Part shown: positions 1 through 13,137 of the stretch, piece after piece
Layout of the letters: the number at the start of each line of letters is the position of its first letter
Numbering within the stretch: position 1 is the stretch's first letter
Source of the DNA: the human T2T-CHM13v2.0 reference genome, Homo sapiens
Direction: 5' to 3' (one strand)
NCBI RefSeq assembly: GCF_009914755.1
Contig: NC_060930.1
DNA: 64,000 nucleotides
Position numbers and translations under genes: made by a program
Notes under the pieces: generated by a model
What the model saw: the letters and a program-made list of their open reading frames with translations, nothing else
Database searches by the model: none
Told to the model about the DNA's origin: nothing

Positions 1-603
1 AAACAGTCGTTGAGAATGCGGGGTTTTGTGGAGAGAAGAAAAGACACTTGAAACCATCAAGGGAAGGTGCAGCATAGAATTGTTGCCATGACAACAGCCT
101 GGGCAGCTCCCCTTTCCCTTCCTGCTCCTCCTTGATTTCCCCACAGCCACCACCCAGGGGGGCAGTAGGGCAGGGATGATGGGAAGGAGCCCGCTGGACG
201 AGTTTGACCAAATGACTCAGCCTCTGAGGGCCTCAGCCTCCTCCTTGGCAAAATGAGGCTATGGTACCTTGCTCCCTGCTGGCCATGGGTGTCAAGTGGT
301 AGCATGGGTGTGAAGCACCTGGCACGGGCATGCTCCAAAGCGGGTGGTTGAGGCAATGCGTCCATGCCCAGCCCTGTCACTGCCCTTCCTCAGTGTGACC
401 TCCCCAGCCGTCCCTGCCTTGTTCATCTGCCTGCTCAGCCTCCCACCTGTCCCAAGGTGAGCGAGATGGAGTTTGGTTTCTGTGGATCACAACTTCTCCC
501 AGGTTCCAACTCTCTCCCACCCCAAGTGTCTCCACCTACCAACCATTACAATCTCTCAACACCAATAAATGGTAGCTATGGCCTGTTATCAAAAAGGAAG
601 TCT

Positions 604-673
604 CTTGAGGCTGCAGTGAGCTGTGATTGTGCCACTGCACTCCAGCTGGGATGACAGAGTAAGACCCAAAAAA
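604..673 (+). mobile_element. Alu 3' fragment (old, J/FRAM-like)
   Basis: GAGGCTGCAGTGAGCTGTGATTGTGCCACTGCACTCCAG...GACAGAGTAAGACCC plus short A tail; directly followed by AluY. Confidence 0.8.
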
Positions 674-1055
<382 letters not shown>

Positions 1056-1077
1056 TCAGTTAAGAAAGCCTCTAATG

Positions 1078-1280
1078 CGGTGGTTCGCAAACTTCAGTGA
1101 GCATCAGAATCACCTGGAGGGCTGGTTAAAGCGGGGTTTGTCAAAACAGAAATCGCCAGTCTCAGCCCCAGAGCTACTAATGGAATAGGTCTGGGGTGGA
1201 GCCCAAGAATGTGCATTTCTAGTGAGTTCTTAGGTGATGCTGATGCTGCCTGTCCAGGGACAGCCCTTTGAAAACCACTA
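1078..1280 (+). mobile_element. MER5A (hAT-Charlie MITE)
   Basis: GTGGTTCGCAAACTT..CATCAGAATCACCTGGAGGGC..GCATTTCTA..GGTGATGCTGATGCTG..TTTGAAAACCACT. Confidence 0.8.
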
Positions 1281-2749
1281 GCATAGAGACCTGCAGAGTG
1301 GCCCAGAACTCTCTTGAGGGTGGCTCAGGGAAGTTCCAGGAGCAGCAGCTCCCCTTCCCCAAGGCCAGGCTGATGCTGCATTGGTTTTTTCTGTTCTCTG
1401 GACTTGGTTGCCCTGGCTGCTCGTGGTACTCATTTTGCCGGGCTCCTGAGCCCAGAGACGTTGGCCTAATTTATGGGACTTGGCAGACACTCAGAGTCTG
1501 AGGAGGACAGAAAACTTCTAACACACTGTACACTGGCTCTGGTGTTTGGGCGTTCTTTATTGCTCACTGGGGAGAATGTGCATGTGGAAAGCCTGTTCCC
1601 TTAGTTGCTGTAAAACTTGGTAATGGAGTGAAATAGCCTGGTTATAGAGTTTCTCGGGGGCTGTGTCTTTGCCCACCCTGGAGCAGGCGGGAGAGGGTCT
1701 CTCTGAAAAGTGCAGGAGCTGGCATTCAATGGCAGTTGGCTGGGACACAAGCGCCCTGTGGGCTGTTTAATGTCATTGTGTACAGTGTCTCCTTGGCCCT
1801 GATTGCTCCCTCTCTCCCCCTCCTCTGTGCCCATTTGGGTGGCCCATGCAGGGGATAGCCATTTAGGCTGTATCTGGTCAGGTAGAGTCATGAAGGCCTG
1901 AATCCCCATCCAGTAGGGTATTGGGAAACTCACGGCAGAAGATGACGATGCACCCAGGCATGGCTCTCCTTCTTGGAGTAGTTGGATAATCACCTCTCTG
2001 GGTGCTGAATGACAACCGATACCCTTTACTGATCATCTGTAGGTTATATCATCTCATTCTCTCCCTAAAAACAAACTGTGAGGCCCTAAAGCCCTGTGCC
2101 TGGCTCCTAATGTAGGCTCAGTCACTCTCTGCCGATGAGGGAGTGTGGGCTTTGAACCTGGCTCTTTCTCACCCCAGGGCCTTGTTCTTTCTGCATCACA
2201 AAGTAGGCACTACCCTCCTCTTGCCCACCCTACAGTGGCAGGTTCCTTACACCCAGTGCAAACACCACCAAAAGCCAGGGCTCCATGACTTTCAGTTTTG
2301 GCTGAGTGTGAGCAGGAAAGCCAGCAAATGAATGAAGAGGTGCCAGCCATTCGTCTTTCTGGGAAGGTCTTGAGCTCTACAAATAGCAGCAGAGCCGGCC
2401 AGGGTTACTCTCATTGGGTGTTGGGGCCACACTCGGTCTAGGCTGATATTTTCTCTTTTGTAAAACTGGTAAGGACAGCTGGAGGCAATGAGGAAGCCAA
2501 CCCCCAAGAAGTCACCAAGCTCTCTGGAGAAAAGGAAGAGCAGATGGGCACTGTCCCCCTTTCTCCCTGCTTGGGCTTCCCCAAACCCACACGGCCAACT
2601 GCCCTCTTTTGCCTTCTAGACATAAGCGGGTGTGGGGGTGAGATTCTGTTTCCTCCTTAGTACAGCGAAGACAGCTTGGACTTTTCTAGAGAAACTTCCC
2701 TAAGAAACCAAGGATCAAGCCAATCCCCTTGCTGGGCAATAACGAAAGC

Positions 2750-2975
2750 AGTCGGCACTTACAGGCATGCTGGGCCAGGCACTCCCCCAAGGTTTTCCCC
2801 TCTGTAGACCCCTTTAACCCTCACAGAAGCCTTTGGTGGAGGTGCGTTATTCATTTCCATTTTGTAGAGGTGGAAACTGAGGCTCAGAGAGTTTCAGTTG
2901 ACATGGCCAAGCTCACACAGCTAGGAAGTAGGGAGCTGGGATTTGAACCCAGGCAGCCTGGCTCCTGAGAGTCGG
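2750..2975 (-). mobile_element. MIR
   Basis: Reverse-strand MIR core CCATTTTGTAGAGGTGGAAACTGAGGCTCAGAGAG...GGATTTGAACCCAGGCAG. Confidence 0.85.
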
Positions 2976-3921
2976 CCCACCTGCCTTACCAGCTGCATCT
3001 CCTGCTCCTCCCCCAAGTTCTCTGGAACCTAAATCCAGGATTTCTCTCCCTGTCGTGAAGACCGCAGGCTTTTCTAGGCTTCTTGACATTTGCATGCTTG
3101 GCCTCTGCTGAGGCGGGCTGTTTGCTTGAGCTCCTCCCTGCCAAGTTCCCACTCACCTGTCTGGGACCAGTGGAAATGTGTGTCTGTTGGGAACAGCCTT
3201 CTCAATCCTCTGAATGAGTTGGTCAACTGTCCTCTGTGCTTCTGGAGGCCGTTCCATCACTGTGGTACACTCAGTTGTAGAGACAACAGCTGTCTCCCTG
3301 TGAGGCCCGAGGGCAGAGGCTTAAGGCTGCATCAACAGTCTGACTCCTAGGCCTGTAATTAAGTACCAGCGTTTGGTTCTGTTCTCTTCTCTGCAGCAGC
3401 CACATGATCTCTGTGGCAGAGGTGGCGACTTGTCCCCTAATATCCATTTTTCCTTCTTCCCCTGTCAGAGAACTTTCAGCTGAGCTTGTGTTGCCCAGAA
3501 GAGACATTCTACTTCCCAGGCTTCTTTGCAGCCAGGTGCATCCGTGTGACGAAATTCTGGCTGCTGGAATATGGGGAGAAGTGATATATGCAGTGTTTGG
3601 GTCATGCCCATAGAGGGAAGGAGCACATGCCTCTCCCCAGCCCTTTTGGTTGGGTGTTGGACATGGTGAAGAGCTTCCTTGACCATGTGAGTGGTGGCCA
3701 TGCTCTACAGATGGCAGAAAGCAAGATGGGAGGAGATTAGGTCCAGCTGCTCTCCCAGCTCAGACTTCTACTTCAAAGAGAAAGGAACATCTACCATGCT
3801 CAGGCTACAGACAGCTGAAGGCTATGTCCATTATGCCCAAATCTATATCCTAAATAAATGCTCACTCTCCCATGTGGAGCATTGCCTTAATCTAGGAGCT
3901 GGTCTCCATCTTTCTTGGCAG

Positions 3922-4069
3922 TTGGAGATCGAACAAAGGTCATTTCCTTTTCAAGTGCAAATCCTCCTCCAGTTCATATGCAAGGGGCTTGTGCAGATCA
4001 TGGCCAAAGCCAGAGCAATGAATCCCAAACCTGGTCATGCAATAACACGCAGGGCTTGGTCTCCACCCA
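3922..4069 (+). repeat. Local dispersed direct repeat, copy 1 (148 bp; probable donor)
   Basis: Matches 6025-6173 with 7 substitutions and 1 indel by hand alignment. Confidence 0.95.
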
Positions 4070-4176
4070 GTACCCAAACTTGACAGGTTCAGAATCTCTG
4101 GGCACAGAACCCAGACACTGGTGTTTTTATTAAGCTCCCCAGAAGACGTGGCCCCCCCGTTGGGTTTCCAAACCAG
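4015..4176. mobile_element. Degenerate MER5-family hAT MITE
   Basis: CCCAAACCTGG..TCAGAATCTCTGGG..TTTTATTAAGCTCCCCAG..AAACCA resembles MER5B/MER5A1. Confidence 0.45.
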
Positions 4177-4242
4177 TTTGTTAAGTCCATTTATGATTTA
4201 GGACATCCCAGATTGGCCATAAACAAATGAATATTGTTTTTT

Positions 4243-5110
4243 TTTTTAACAAATATTTACTGGGCAAGCACCTATTATGTGCTGGGTGCTGCTGGGGATA
4301 TGGGCAACATCCCTGCCTTCGTGGAGTGCACTTTCTAGTAGAGGAGACAGGCCGTGAACAGCTAAGCATGCACATACGTAACTTCAGGCAGGGGGAAGGG
4401 CTACGCAACAACAGGAAGCAGGGTGACGTTATGGAGGGTAGGGAGGGGCCAACTCAGGTGGGCTGAGAGAGAGAATGCTGCTTTGAGCAAGTGGCATCTG
4501 GGCAGGTCTGAATGACAAGAGCAATGTGGCTTGTGTTAGTTACAGGCTGAGCCAATGCATCAACTAGACCCTCAAAATCAAATGACTTCAAAAATAAGGC
4601 ACATGGTGACTTATCAACAATCCTTCAGAGCTGGTGTTTAGGCTGACGGGCTAGCTGTCCTCTCTGCACACATTCAGGGACCCAGGCTGATGGCTGCTCT
4701 ACCATCTTTAAATTTTGGCTTCCAAGGTCATCTCGGCATCACCATCTGGTTGGCTGGAAGGGAAAAGAGCTTGAAAGAGTCTCTTGGGAGTTTTCTATGG
4801 CCCAGTCTGAATGTGACAGGTACCATTTATGCCCATGTTCCATTGGCGTGAACTTGGTCACATGGTCATCCCACCTGCGAGCGAGCCTGGGAAATGTACT
4901 CTGGTCATGTGTCCAGGATTTTGGTGGACAGCCAAAGGCAGGGGTCCTCTGCCAGGGGCAGAGGGGACAGCAGGTACAAAGACCTGTATGGGGGAGTGAG
5001 TTTGGTGTGTCAAGGAGCAGCGAGGAAGCCAGTGTGACTGGGGTGAAGTGAGACTAGGGTAAAGGGCTAGCGGGTAAGGATGGAGAGACAGGCAAGGCCT
5101 ATAGCCCAGG
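4243..5110 (-). mobile_element. L2 3' end, interrupted by an MLT1 LTR
   Basis: AACAAATATTTACTG..CACCTATTATGTGCTGGG..CCCTGCCTTCGTGGAG..TTCTAGTAGAGGAGACAG; resumes ~4940 with CAGCAGGTACAAAGACC..GGAAGCCAGTGTGACTGG. Confidence 0.75.
4532..4935 (-). mobile_element. MLT1I/J-like MaLR LTR
   Basis: TGTGTTAGTTA start; ATTCAGGGACCCAGGCTGATGG; CCATTGGC..GGTCACATGG..CTGGGAAATGTA. Confidence 0.7.
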
Positions 5111-5496
5111 AGCTCTCCCCCTCCCACCCACCTTAGGAAAGGCTTAACGATGATAATCTTTTTGAGCACAGAGCATTTTCCCCATGTACACAAAAGTAAA
5201 GAGAATAACAGAGTGAACTGCTAAGCACCCACCAGCTTACCAATGTTTTGCCAAACCTATTATAATTTAAAAACAATGTACAAATTTCTCAGGTAGCAAG
5301 AAGAGAGACTGAGTCTCTTGTAGATTTCTCCTTACCTCATATAATCTCTCAGGGAAAATCATGACAAGTATTTGAAAGTATTTTGGGATTTTAGAAGAAA
5401 AAAATACTATAACAGTCCTGTGATTTTTGTTACTTTTATCAGAATTTCTAATTTTCATGTTAAATGATTAATTTTCATGTTAATCTTTTTAGAGAT

Positions 5497-6194
5497 GGCA
5501 TTAGTTATCTTTTGCTGTGTGATCAATTACCCCAAAACTAAGTGGCTTAAACTGACAATAAACGTTTACCGTCTTTCACAGTTCCCGTGGGTCAGAAATG
5601 CAAGGGTGGCTGAGCTGGGTAGTTCTGCTCATCTCTCATGAGCAGAACTCATGAGAGAGTTGGAATCTTTCATGAGGATGCTGTCAAGGTGTTGATCAGG
5701 GTTGCAGTCATCTGAAGGATCTGCTCCCAAGGCGACTTATTCACCTAGTTGACAAGTTGGTGCTGGCTGTCGGTGATAGGCTTCAGTTCTTCCTTCACAT
5801 GAGCCTGTCCTCAGGAATGCTTGAGTGTCCTCACAACATGGTGGCTGACTTTCCTCAGAGTAAGTGATCCAAGAGGACAAGGGTGGAACCACAATGTCTC
5901 TTATAACCTAGCTTCAGAAATCACACACCACCACTTCCATAGTATTCTTTTGGTCACACACATCAGCTTTGACTCAGTGAAGAAAGAACTACACAAGGTG
6001 TGAATAATAAGAAGCAAAGATCATTTGGAGGTCAAACAAAGGTCATTTCCTTTTCAAGTGCAAATCCTCCTCCAGTTCATATTGCAAGGGGCATGTGCAG
6101 AACATGGCCAAAGCCAGAGCAATGAATCCCAAACCTGGTCATGCAATAACATGCAGGGGTTTGTCTCCACCCATCTTGCAGACTCTCTACCAGA
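5497..6194 (-). mobile_element. MLT1F/G/H-like MaLR LTR containing a 149-bp insertion
   Basis: ATTACCCCAAAACTAAGTGGCTTAAA, GCTTGAGTGTCCTCACAACATGGTGGCTG; terminus GATCATTTGGAGG|insert|CCATCTTGCAGACTCTCTACCAGA. Confidence 0.8.
6025..6173 (+). repeat. Local dispersed direct repeat, copy 2 (149 bp; inserted)
   Basis: About 95% identical to 3922-4069. Confidence 0.95.
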
Positions 6195-6364
6195 GGCCTT
6201 AGCTAAGGGCAGGATAATAATCTGTTTGGGAATGTTACCCACTGTAGAAGGGCCATTTTTGGAATTGGTACCCAAATAGGAATAAGCAGATTTCTGATGA
6301 CTGATTTAATAGGATTGGGGGATTTATAGTTATGAAGGAACTTGGGAGTAATTTATTTCCACAT

Positions 6365-6480
6365 TTACATTTTACAGAGGAGAAAATTGTTTCCAGAGAG
6401 AAAAAGTGCCTTGTTTAAGGCTACCAGGTGAGTTTGTGGCTGAATAAAGATTAAAGATCCAGTCTCCTAACGCTTGGAGC
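6365..6480 (-). mobile_element. MIR fragment
   Basis: ATTTTACAGAGGAGAAAATTG..CAGAGAG..TTGTTTAAGGCTAC. Confidence 0.6.
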
Positions 6481-8905
6481 TGTGGTGCGTGGGGTATGGA
6501 GAGAATTCTGGATTTGGAGACTGGAGATCTGGCCAGAGGTCTCTGAATGGGTGACCCATTCCCTGGTCCTTTCTCCCTGAGCTTATCTTCTGGATAGAAT
6601 GTTGTCTTTCTGGGACTGTTAAATATTCTCAATAAAACTCAACATGCTCTCCAAAATGTTAGGTTGATGATGCTTTTGTAGCCTTATCCATTTACTTATT
6701 CTGTCCCTGTAAACAGGAGTCATAGATTTAAGGCCATGTGACTCTACTTAGTTCAGTATGGACCTCTCAGATGTGCTATCCAAGAAGCAGCAAACTAGGG
6801 CACCCAGGGAACACCAGAACTGTCTTGTCCATTAGTTTAGCTTTTTTGTTTTATTTTTGGTCACATGCAACAGAAACCCCTTTGACTAGCTTGGGCAAAG
6901 AAAAAAAGGACAGTAATTTGTTAGAAGGTCCATGGGAGTACCTCGGAAATCAAAGGAAGGCTTGAACAACTAAGATTTGGAATGAAATGGGGTTACCCCT
7001 GATAGTTTAGTAGCAGGAGTGTCCGGATCCTCTCTTCACTGGGCTCCCATGAACACAACACAGCCCAAAAGATTTCCAGCCCATAGATGTTCAAGTAGAT
7101 GTCAAATTCCCAAGAAGCAGAATGTGCCAGACCCACCTGGGGTCGTGCATCCAGCTGTGGCCAGTGGCAGGATCATGTAGCAGAGACATGGCCTTTGAGC
7201 CCACCTTGAAATGTCTGGCTGTGTCCACCACCAAAGGGGGAGTTTCAGTGAGCCAACCAAGAAGTGTCTATAGTACCTCGTGGACTTCTACCACACCAGC
7301 AAGGCTTCACCTTGGACAGTGTACAGAGTCTTTCCTACCACTTTACTATGCAGGAAACCAGCATCCTTAACACCACTATTAACTCACTTGTTTTTACTTA
7401 TTTTATGCCCAGAGCTTTGGGACTCTGGCCAGGACCCTTTCCTTCTTGAATTTAGCTTCTCATCTATATATAGAGGAAGTTAGTCTTGCTGACCTTTGAA
7501 GTCCTTTCACCCTCTAATATCTTCTGGCTGTGGCAGCTCAACAGCCCCCTGCCCCAGTGTTCATTATTCCCTGACTGGGTCTCTCACTATGCATGTGAAT
7601 ACATGCAAGTATACATGAGTGAATATAGTCTCTAAGGGCATCACACATGCTTATGTACTCGGACACATTCTAAACTCCAATGGTGGTGTTCTCTTAATGA
7701 GAAGGGCTGGTTGAGACCACTGCCTTTGGACTGAGCTGGTCATGTGATGAGTAGGAACCATCTGAATGGATTATTACATATTCCAAGCAGGAAATTCAAT
7801 GGCTGATATATCTCTCTCCACGATGTATAATTGTTGGTGTTATTTAGGCTAGAACTGGAATTAGAATCCTTCCAGGGTTTGACTGATAGGAACTGCAGTG
7901 ATAAGTGGGAAATGGGATGGGTAGGTGGGTGAGGAGCAGAGAGGGCATGGGTGAATGAGAATGAGACTCCAGACAATCTCACACAAGCCCCTTAATGGTC
8001 AATAGCTTCATCGACTTGGAGGAACAAAATCTTTGGGAGGCTTGGAGGAACCCTCCAATCATCAACAATTGGGAAAACGCATATCTACCTCATGATTCAT
8101 CTAGGGTTGTGGGGTGGTGTTAGGAATGGGGGTGAAGAGCGTGCCCATGGCAAGGACCCATCCCAAGGTGGGAAACACCTACCAACAGACTCTCAAATAT
8201 CACCCCAGCTATGTCCCCACCCACAATGTGAAGTCCAACTCAGAGATGGGTCTTGAACCATCCCACCCTTTTCTCAGGATCCCAAGTGAAAATCTTGCGG
8301 TTAGACTATGGCAACCAGCCAAGTCCTCAGAGATAACACAGCTCCATCCCAACACTTTCTTCGCAAGTTCTCCTGAACTCAAGGAACATCTTGGTGGGTG
8401 CACACAGGCAGGTAGTTTTCCCCTCTGTGGTCACTAGTTCTGCACCTTGCCTGCTGCTGCAGAGATAAGCATCTCACCTTCACACAACTCAACCATTCAG
8501 GGATTATAACTTTTTTCATGGAAGAGAAGCTCTCTTGGAAACCCCCAACAGACCTTTCCTTTGGTCTCAATGGTCAGAGGAATTGGGTCAAATGCCATCC
8601 TAAAACCAATCACTGTCAAAGAGCAATTGGGGGCCACACCCAGCTTAGACTACTTCTGCTTCATTCTCTGAGGCTGGGGACCAGGCAGCCCTTCCCTGAG
8701 CCCCTGGCTGCCCACCAGTTGTATGCAGAAGAATATGGTGGGTGGATGTGTGCAAGGTGGGGGAGCTTGAGTGGGGAGGGCTACTGGCTGACAGTGACAT
8801 GCACTGTGATGGCACCCCACTTGGCCATCTCATTCATCCTTGGGATGTCAAGTGGCTTACCCAAGGTTGCCAGTAAACAGGTCATGTAGAGTTTTCTAAA
8901 GCATT

Positions 8906-8910
8906 TGTGT

Positions 8911-8941
<31 letters not shown>
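8906..8941. repeat. (TG)n microsatellite, followed by a 17-bp tandem duplication at 8949-8982
   Basis: Direct reading; ACAGAAAGAGAGTTATG x2. Confidence 0.95.
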
Positions 8942-10119
8942 AACATGCACAGAAAGAGAGTTATGACAGAAAGAGAGTTATGACCTTAGGCCTTATAATG
9001 TTCCTTCCTTAATTAGACTTGAGGAAATGCACCATTTTTGCTTTAAAAGAAGTGTAATGAAGATGGATTATAGTTCAGGGTCTGATCGGAAAGAGCCAGG
9101 AACTAAGATTAATTAGCATCAGCATGTGGTTTATTTTCAAGGTCGTTTTTACTTGGCTTCCAGAAATCCTGTCGTAATATCTTCAAACTCTCACTGAACT
9201 TTTCATGTGCAATGAGGTGGAGGATTTTGCATTCTTGTTTGATGGGGAGAGGCACTGGCCCTCCTCTAACACTCTCTGAGCGGCCAGCCCCTGTCACTAG
9301 CCATGTTGGGATGTCTGTGGATGGCCACCTCAAGCTAAACCAACCCCTCCCACTTTGACCCCGCATAGCTTCAATGTAAATTGCTTTCCAGCTGACATTT
9401 CTCAGGGCATGTGTGCATGCTGGATTTGAGGGTGGTTTTTAATTCTGTAAGCTGTTTAAAGTCTCCTAAAATTTCTCATCATCTTTTCTATTACAGCTTA
9501 AGATTTCTAAGATTTTCTGGAACAGAGTGAAAGCTTTAAAATAGCTTAGTCACTGCAGTCCCAGTGCTGGTTGGAGGTCTAAGCAACACTACAGGCAATT
9601 CCTTAGTTAGCGTTTGGAGATGATGCCACTTGCTCTTTCAGCCTTTTCTTTTCTCCCATGACACTTTTGCTTCCTTCTACCCAAGGCCACCTCTTCTTCC
9701 TACTGGAGGACTAGCTGTCGCACCCTGGTAAGACCATCAGTAGATGCCACCCTCCTCATGCGGACCTTCCTTGCTTCTTCCCAAAGTGGCCTTTTTTTCA
9801 ATTGTCTACCAGCACGTCCTGTTTGGGTCTTCTGGTGCACTTAGGGCAATTTGCCATTATTTTACCTGTTTGTGCACAGACTTGTTTGGTCTGTCTCCCC
9901 TGTGAGAGAGAGGACAGGATCTTGCCAGCATGTTCATCATTGTATGCCCAAGGCAGAGATGTGTCTTTATACCTCTCAAAGACTCTTGCGTCTGCTGACC
10001 CCCAATAAATAGTTATTGACTGATTAATTAAAAGGATTCTGTTACCAAGGAAGAATCTTCAGCTTCAGCTCAACTGACTACTGTGAAATGAAGCAAGAAA
10101 CTAATAGACATTAGGCATT

Positions 10120-10900
10120 TGTATCAATTAGGATGTATTTGGGTTGCAAGAATGGAAGAATGGAAGTGTTTGTGGTTTAAATAATAAAGATTTAATGATC
10201 TCACATACTCACAGGGAACCCCAGTGGAGGATTCGCTACCTGCCAGCCTTTGTTCTAGATGCTTTCTTTCTATATATTCATATAGTTAATCTTGACATCA
10301 TCCCTATGAGGGAGGTCCTATTATGGTCTTCCTACTACAGATGGAGAAACTGAGCCTCAGCATATTAAGCACTCTGCCTGAGTTCATGTGAGTGGTAGAG
10401 CCAGAATTTGACTGGTTCTAAGGTGATGTCACCCCAGGGTCTACACTTACCTACCACTTTGTCACAGCAGGTCTGGAGGCAGGTGTTCTGGGTTTGACGG
10501 GAGTTCAGTGTCAGGATGCAAGAGTCAGTGTGTCTGATTCCCTGGGCCTCCCCTTCATGGCTCCATGCCCTGCTCCACTACACGACTTCTAGAGCAGGAG
10601 GCTAGGGGTGAGGGGTGGGGCACAAGCACTCTTCCTCATGCTGCCCTCACCTCTAATCAGGCAGGACAGTGTCTTCCAGAAACACCCAGAGAGTTCCCCT
10701 AACATCTCATGGACCAGAGTGGGGTCTTGTGGCGCCTCACATCAATGCTGACAAGAAAATGGAGTGACCGTGAGTGAATGATTTCAGTTGAACCAGTTCT
10801 CATTCCTAGGGACTAAATGTGTTGCCACCTGAATGAAACTGGTTTCCGTCATCTGCAAGAAAGAGGGCTGAATGGTGGGTAGAACCCACCATGCTTGGCC
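10120..10900 (-). mobile_element. Old MLT1 (K/L-like) LTR with embedded MIR (~10230-10420)
   Basis: TGTATCAATTAGGATG..GGTTGCAAG..GGTTTAAATAATAAAGATTTA; internal CAGATGGAGAAACTGAGCCTCAG. Confidence 0.5.
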
Positions 10901-11329
10901 TAGCACATTTGCTTTATCCAAGGGAGAGGACTCAGGCACAGGAACCCATCCTTGCAGGAGGCAGGACCTGACCCTTGGGTGACATCAAGGACTCCAGTTC
11001 CCTTTCACTCTTAGTTCCCAGCAGGTCTAGTGTCACTCTAGAAAGGTTTATGCATGTGTGTGAGCATGTGGATGAGTCAGGTGGGTCAGGGATCAGGCAG
11101 GGGATGATGGTTGGAGGTGGGGAAAGGGATGCAGCATGTTTTTCTTCTCTCTATAGAATTCTGACCCCACTGGATATGCAGTTTATCCTGGGATTTCAGG
11201 CTCCACTGACAGGTAGTGTATGTATGTGGGGTGGGGGAGTGAGAAGGAGGGGCAGTCACTCTCTGTCCAGTGCAGGCCCTGAGCACCTGTTTGAGGGATC
11301 TGAGAATGCACATTGATCACTTGCCAGTG

Positions 11330-11660
11330 CTATGCTGGGTAGCAGGTACTTATGTCTACACCTCAGTTAATTTTCACAACTGCCCCATGAGATCAGTACA
11401 ATTATTTTCACCCCCATTTTAAAATTGCTTCCTAGAGGCACCACTTTGGGCAGAAACGTTACTTAACCTTTCTGTGTCTCCTTTTCCTTCTCTGGGGAAA
11501 ATGGGGATGACAATAATTTGCCTTCCTCATATAAAGCACTTAGAACAATGCCTGACACACAGTAGCCAGTGAATAAATGCTAGTATTGTTACTGCTGTTA
11601 TTTTCCAGATGAGGAAACTGAGGCTTGGTAAGTGAGACACAAATGCCTGATCATATTCTA
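11330..11660. mobile_element. Cluster of MIR fragments in both orientations
   Basis: ACTTAACCTTTCTGTGTCTC..AAAATGGGGATGACAATA..AAAGCACTTAGAACAATGCCTGACAC (+); CAGATGAGGAAACTGAGGC (-). Confidence 0.75.
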
Positions 11661-11689
11661 AGATGGGCTGAATCAGGCCCTCCTGATAG

Positions 11690-12045
11690 CTATGAGGATG
11701 ATGAGGATGATGATGGAGGAAGAGGAGGGGAAGGAGAAGAAAGAAAAGGAGAAGGAAGAGAAGGAGAAGAAAGAGGAGTAGGAGAAGAAGAAGGAGGAGG
11801 AGAAGGAGGAGGAGGAGACAAAGAAGATGATGTTGGTGATGATAAAGATGTTGGTGGTGATGACAATGTTGATGATGATGATGAAAGAGGAAGAGGGGAG
11901 GGGAAAAAGGAGCAGGAGAAAAGGGGGAAGATGATGTCAGTGGCTGTAATGATGTTGTTGACGATGATGATAAAATGAAAGTGTTGATGATGTTGATAAA
12001 GCTGATGATGATGATAGTAAGAAAGACAAAGACATGATGAAAGCT
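11690..12045. repeat. (GAT/GGA/GAA)n degenerate trinucleotide low-complexity tract
   Basis: Direct reading. Confidence 0.9.
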
Positions 12046-12220
12046 AATAATTATTGAACATTCACCATGTCCCAGGCATTGTGCTAAGCATCTCACATTT
12101 ATCGACTGAGGAAACTGAAGTGCCAAGAGGGTAAGAGCATCACTGGCATCATGCAGGTGGTGAGGGTGCAATCAGGACTCATGCCCAAGACTGCCTGACT
12201 CAATAGCACTTAACTCCATA
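12046..12220 (-). mobile_element. MIR
   Basis: TTATTGAACATTCACCATGTCCCAGGCATTGTGCTAAG..GAGGAAACTGAAG. Confidence 0.75.
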
Positions 12221-12264
12221 TGGGTGCCACCATTGTGAAAGAGTCTGGACCGGGAGCTCAAAAG

Positions 12265-12418
12265 AGTTGTCTCAATCTTCTCCGTATATCAGAATCACCT
12301 AAGGAGCTTTTTAAAAATACCAAGGCCTGAGTCTCAACCTTAGAGATTCAGAATCAGTTGGTGTGGGGTGGAGCCTGGGTATCAACATAATTTATTCAGG
12401 TGATTTTGAAAACCACAC
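12265..12418. mobile_element. MER5B-like hAT MITE
   Basis: CAGAATCACCTAAGGAGCTTTTTAAAAATAC..AGAGATTCAG..GGTGTGGGGTGGAGCCTGGG..GAAAACCAC. Confidence 0.65.
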
Positions 12419-12832
12419 TATCCAGATGATCACTAAGGTTGCCCGGTCCTGGTATTTCAGGCATCTCTGATCATCCTCTATTCTCCCTACCAAGGAGGCT
12501 GCAGGGAAGGAAGTCTGGCAAGACATCTCAAGGAGGAGAGGGAGCTGGAAAAGCCAGAGTCAAGTGAGCCCTGGGCAAGGCAGGCTATGAACTATGAAAG
12601 AACATGTGAATTGGGCCTGGGCACTGCCACCATTTTCCTCAACTTTCTGGCCATCTGCTGATTGTGGGGCATCTTAGAAATAAAAATAATATTCCTTGGA
12701 TGTTATTTCATAATACTGTTCCTCCCTTTAAAGCAAAGGCAGTGTGTTGTCCTGGGAGTGAATTTACAAAGAATAGCATCATTTTATTTTGAAACAGTCA
12801 CCACCTTAGAGTTCATTTTACCCAAGCTTCTT

Positions 12833-13137
<305 letters not shown>

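Noticed and set aside
146-168. CTCF-like CCACCCAGGGGGGCAGTA
   Set aside because: One extra G breaks the core spacing; too weak without a PWM scan.
11527-12171. 214-aa His/Leu-rich ORF (-) and 117-aa acidic ORF (+, 11625-11978) resembling prothymosin/nucleolin-like acidic tracts
   Set aside because: Both are translations of a degenerate GAT/GGA trinucleotide tract flanked by MIRs; no unique domain and no exon signals.
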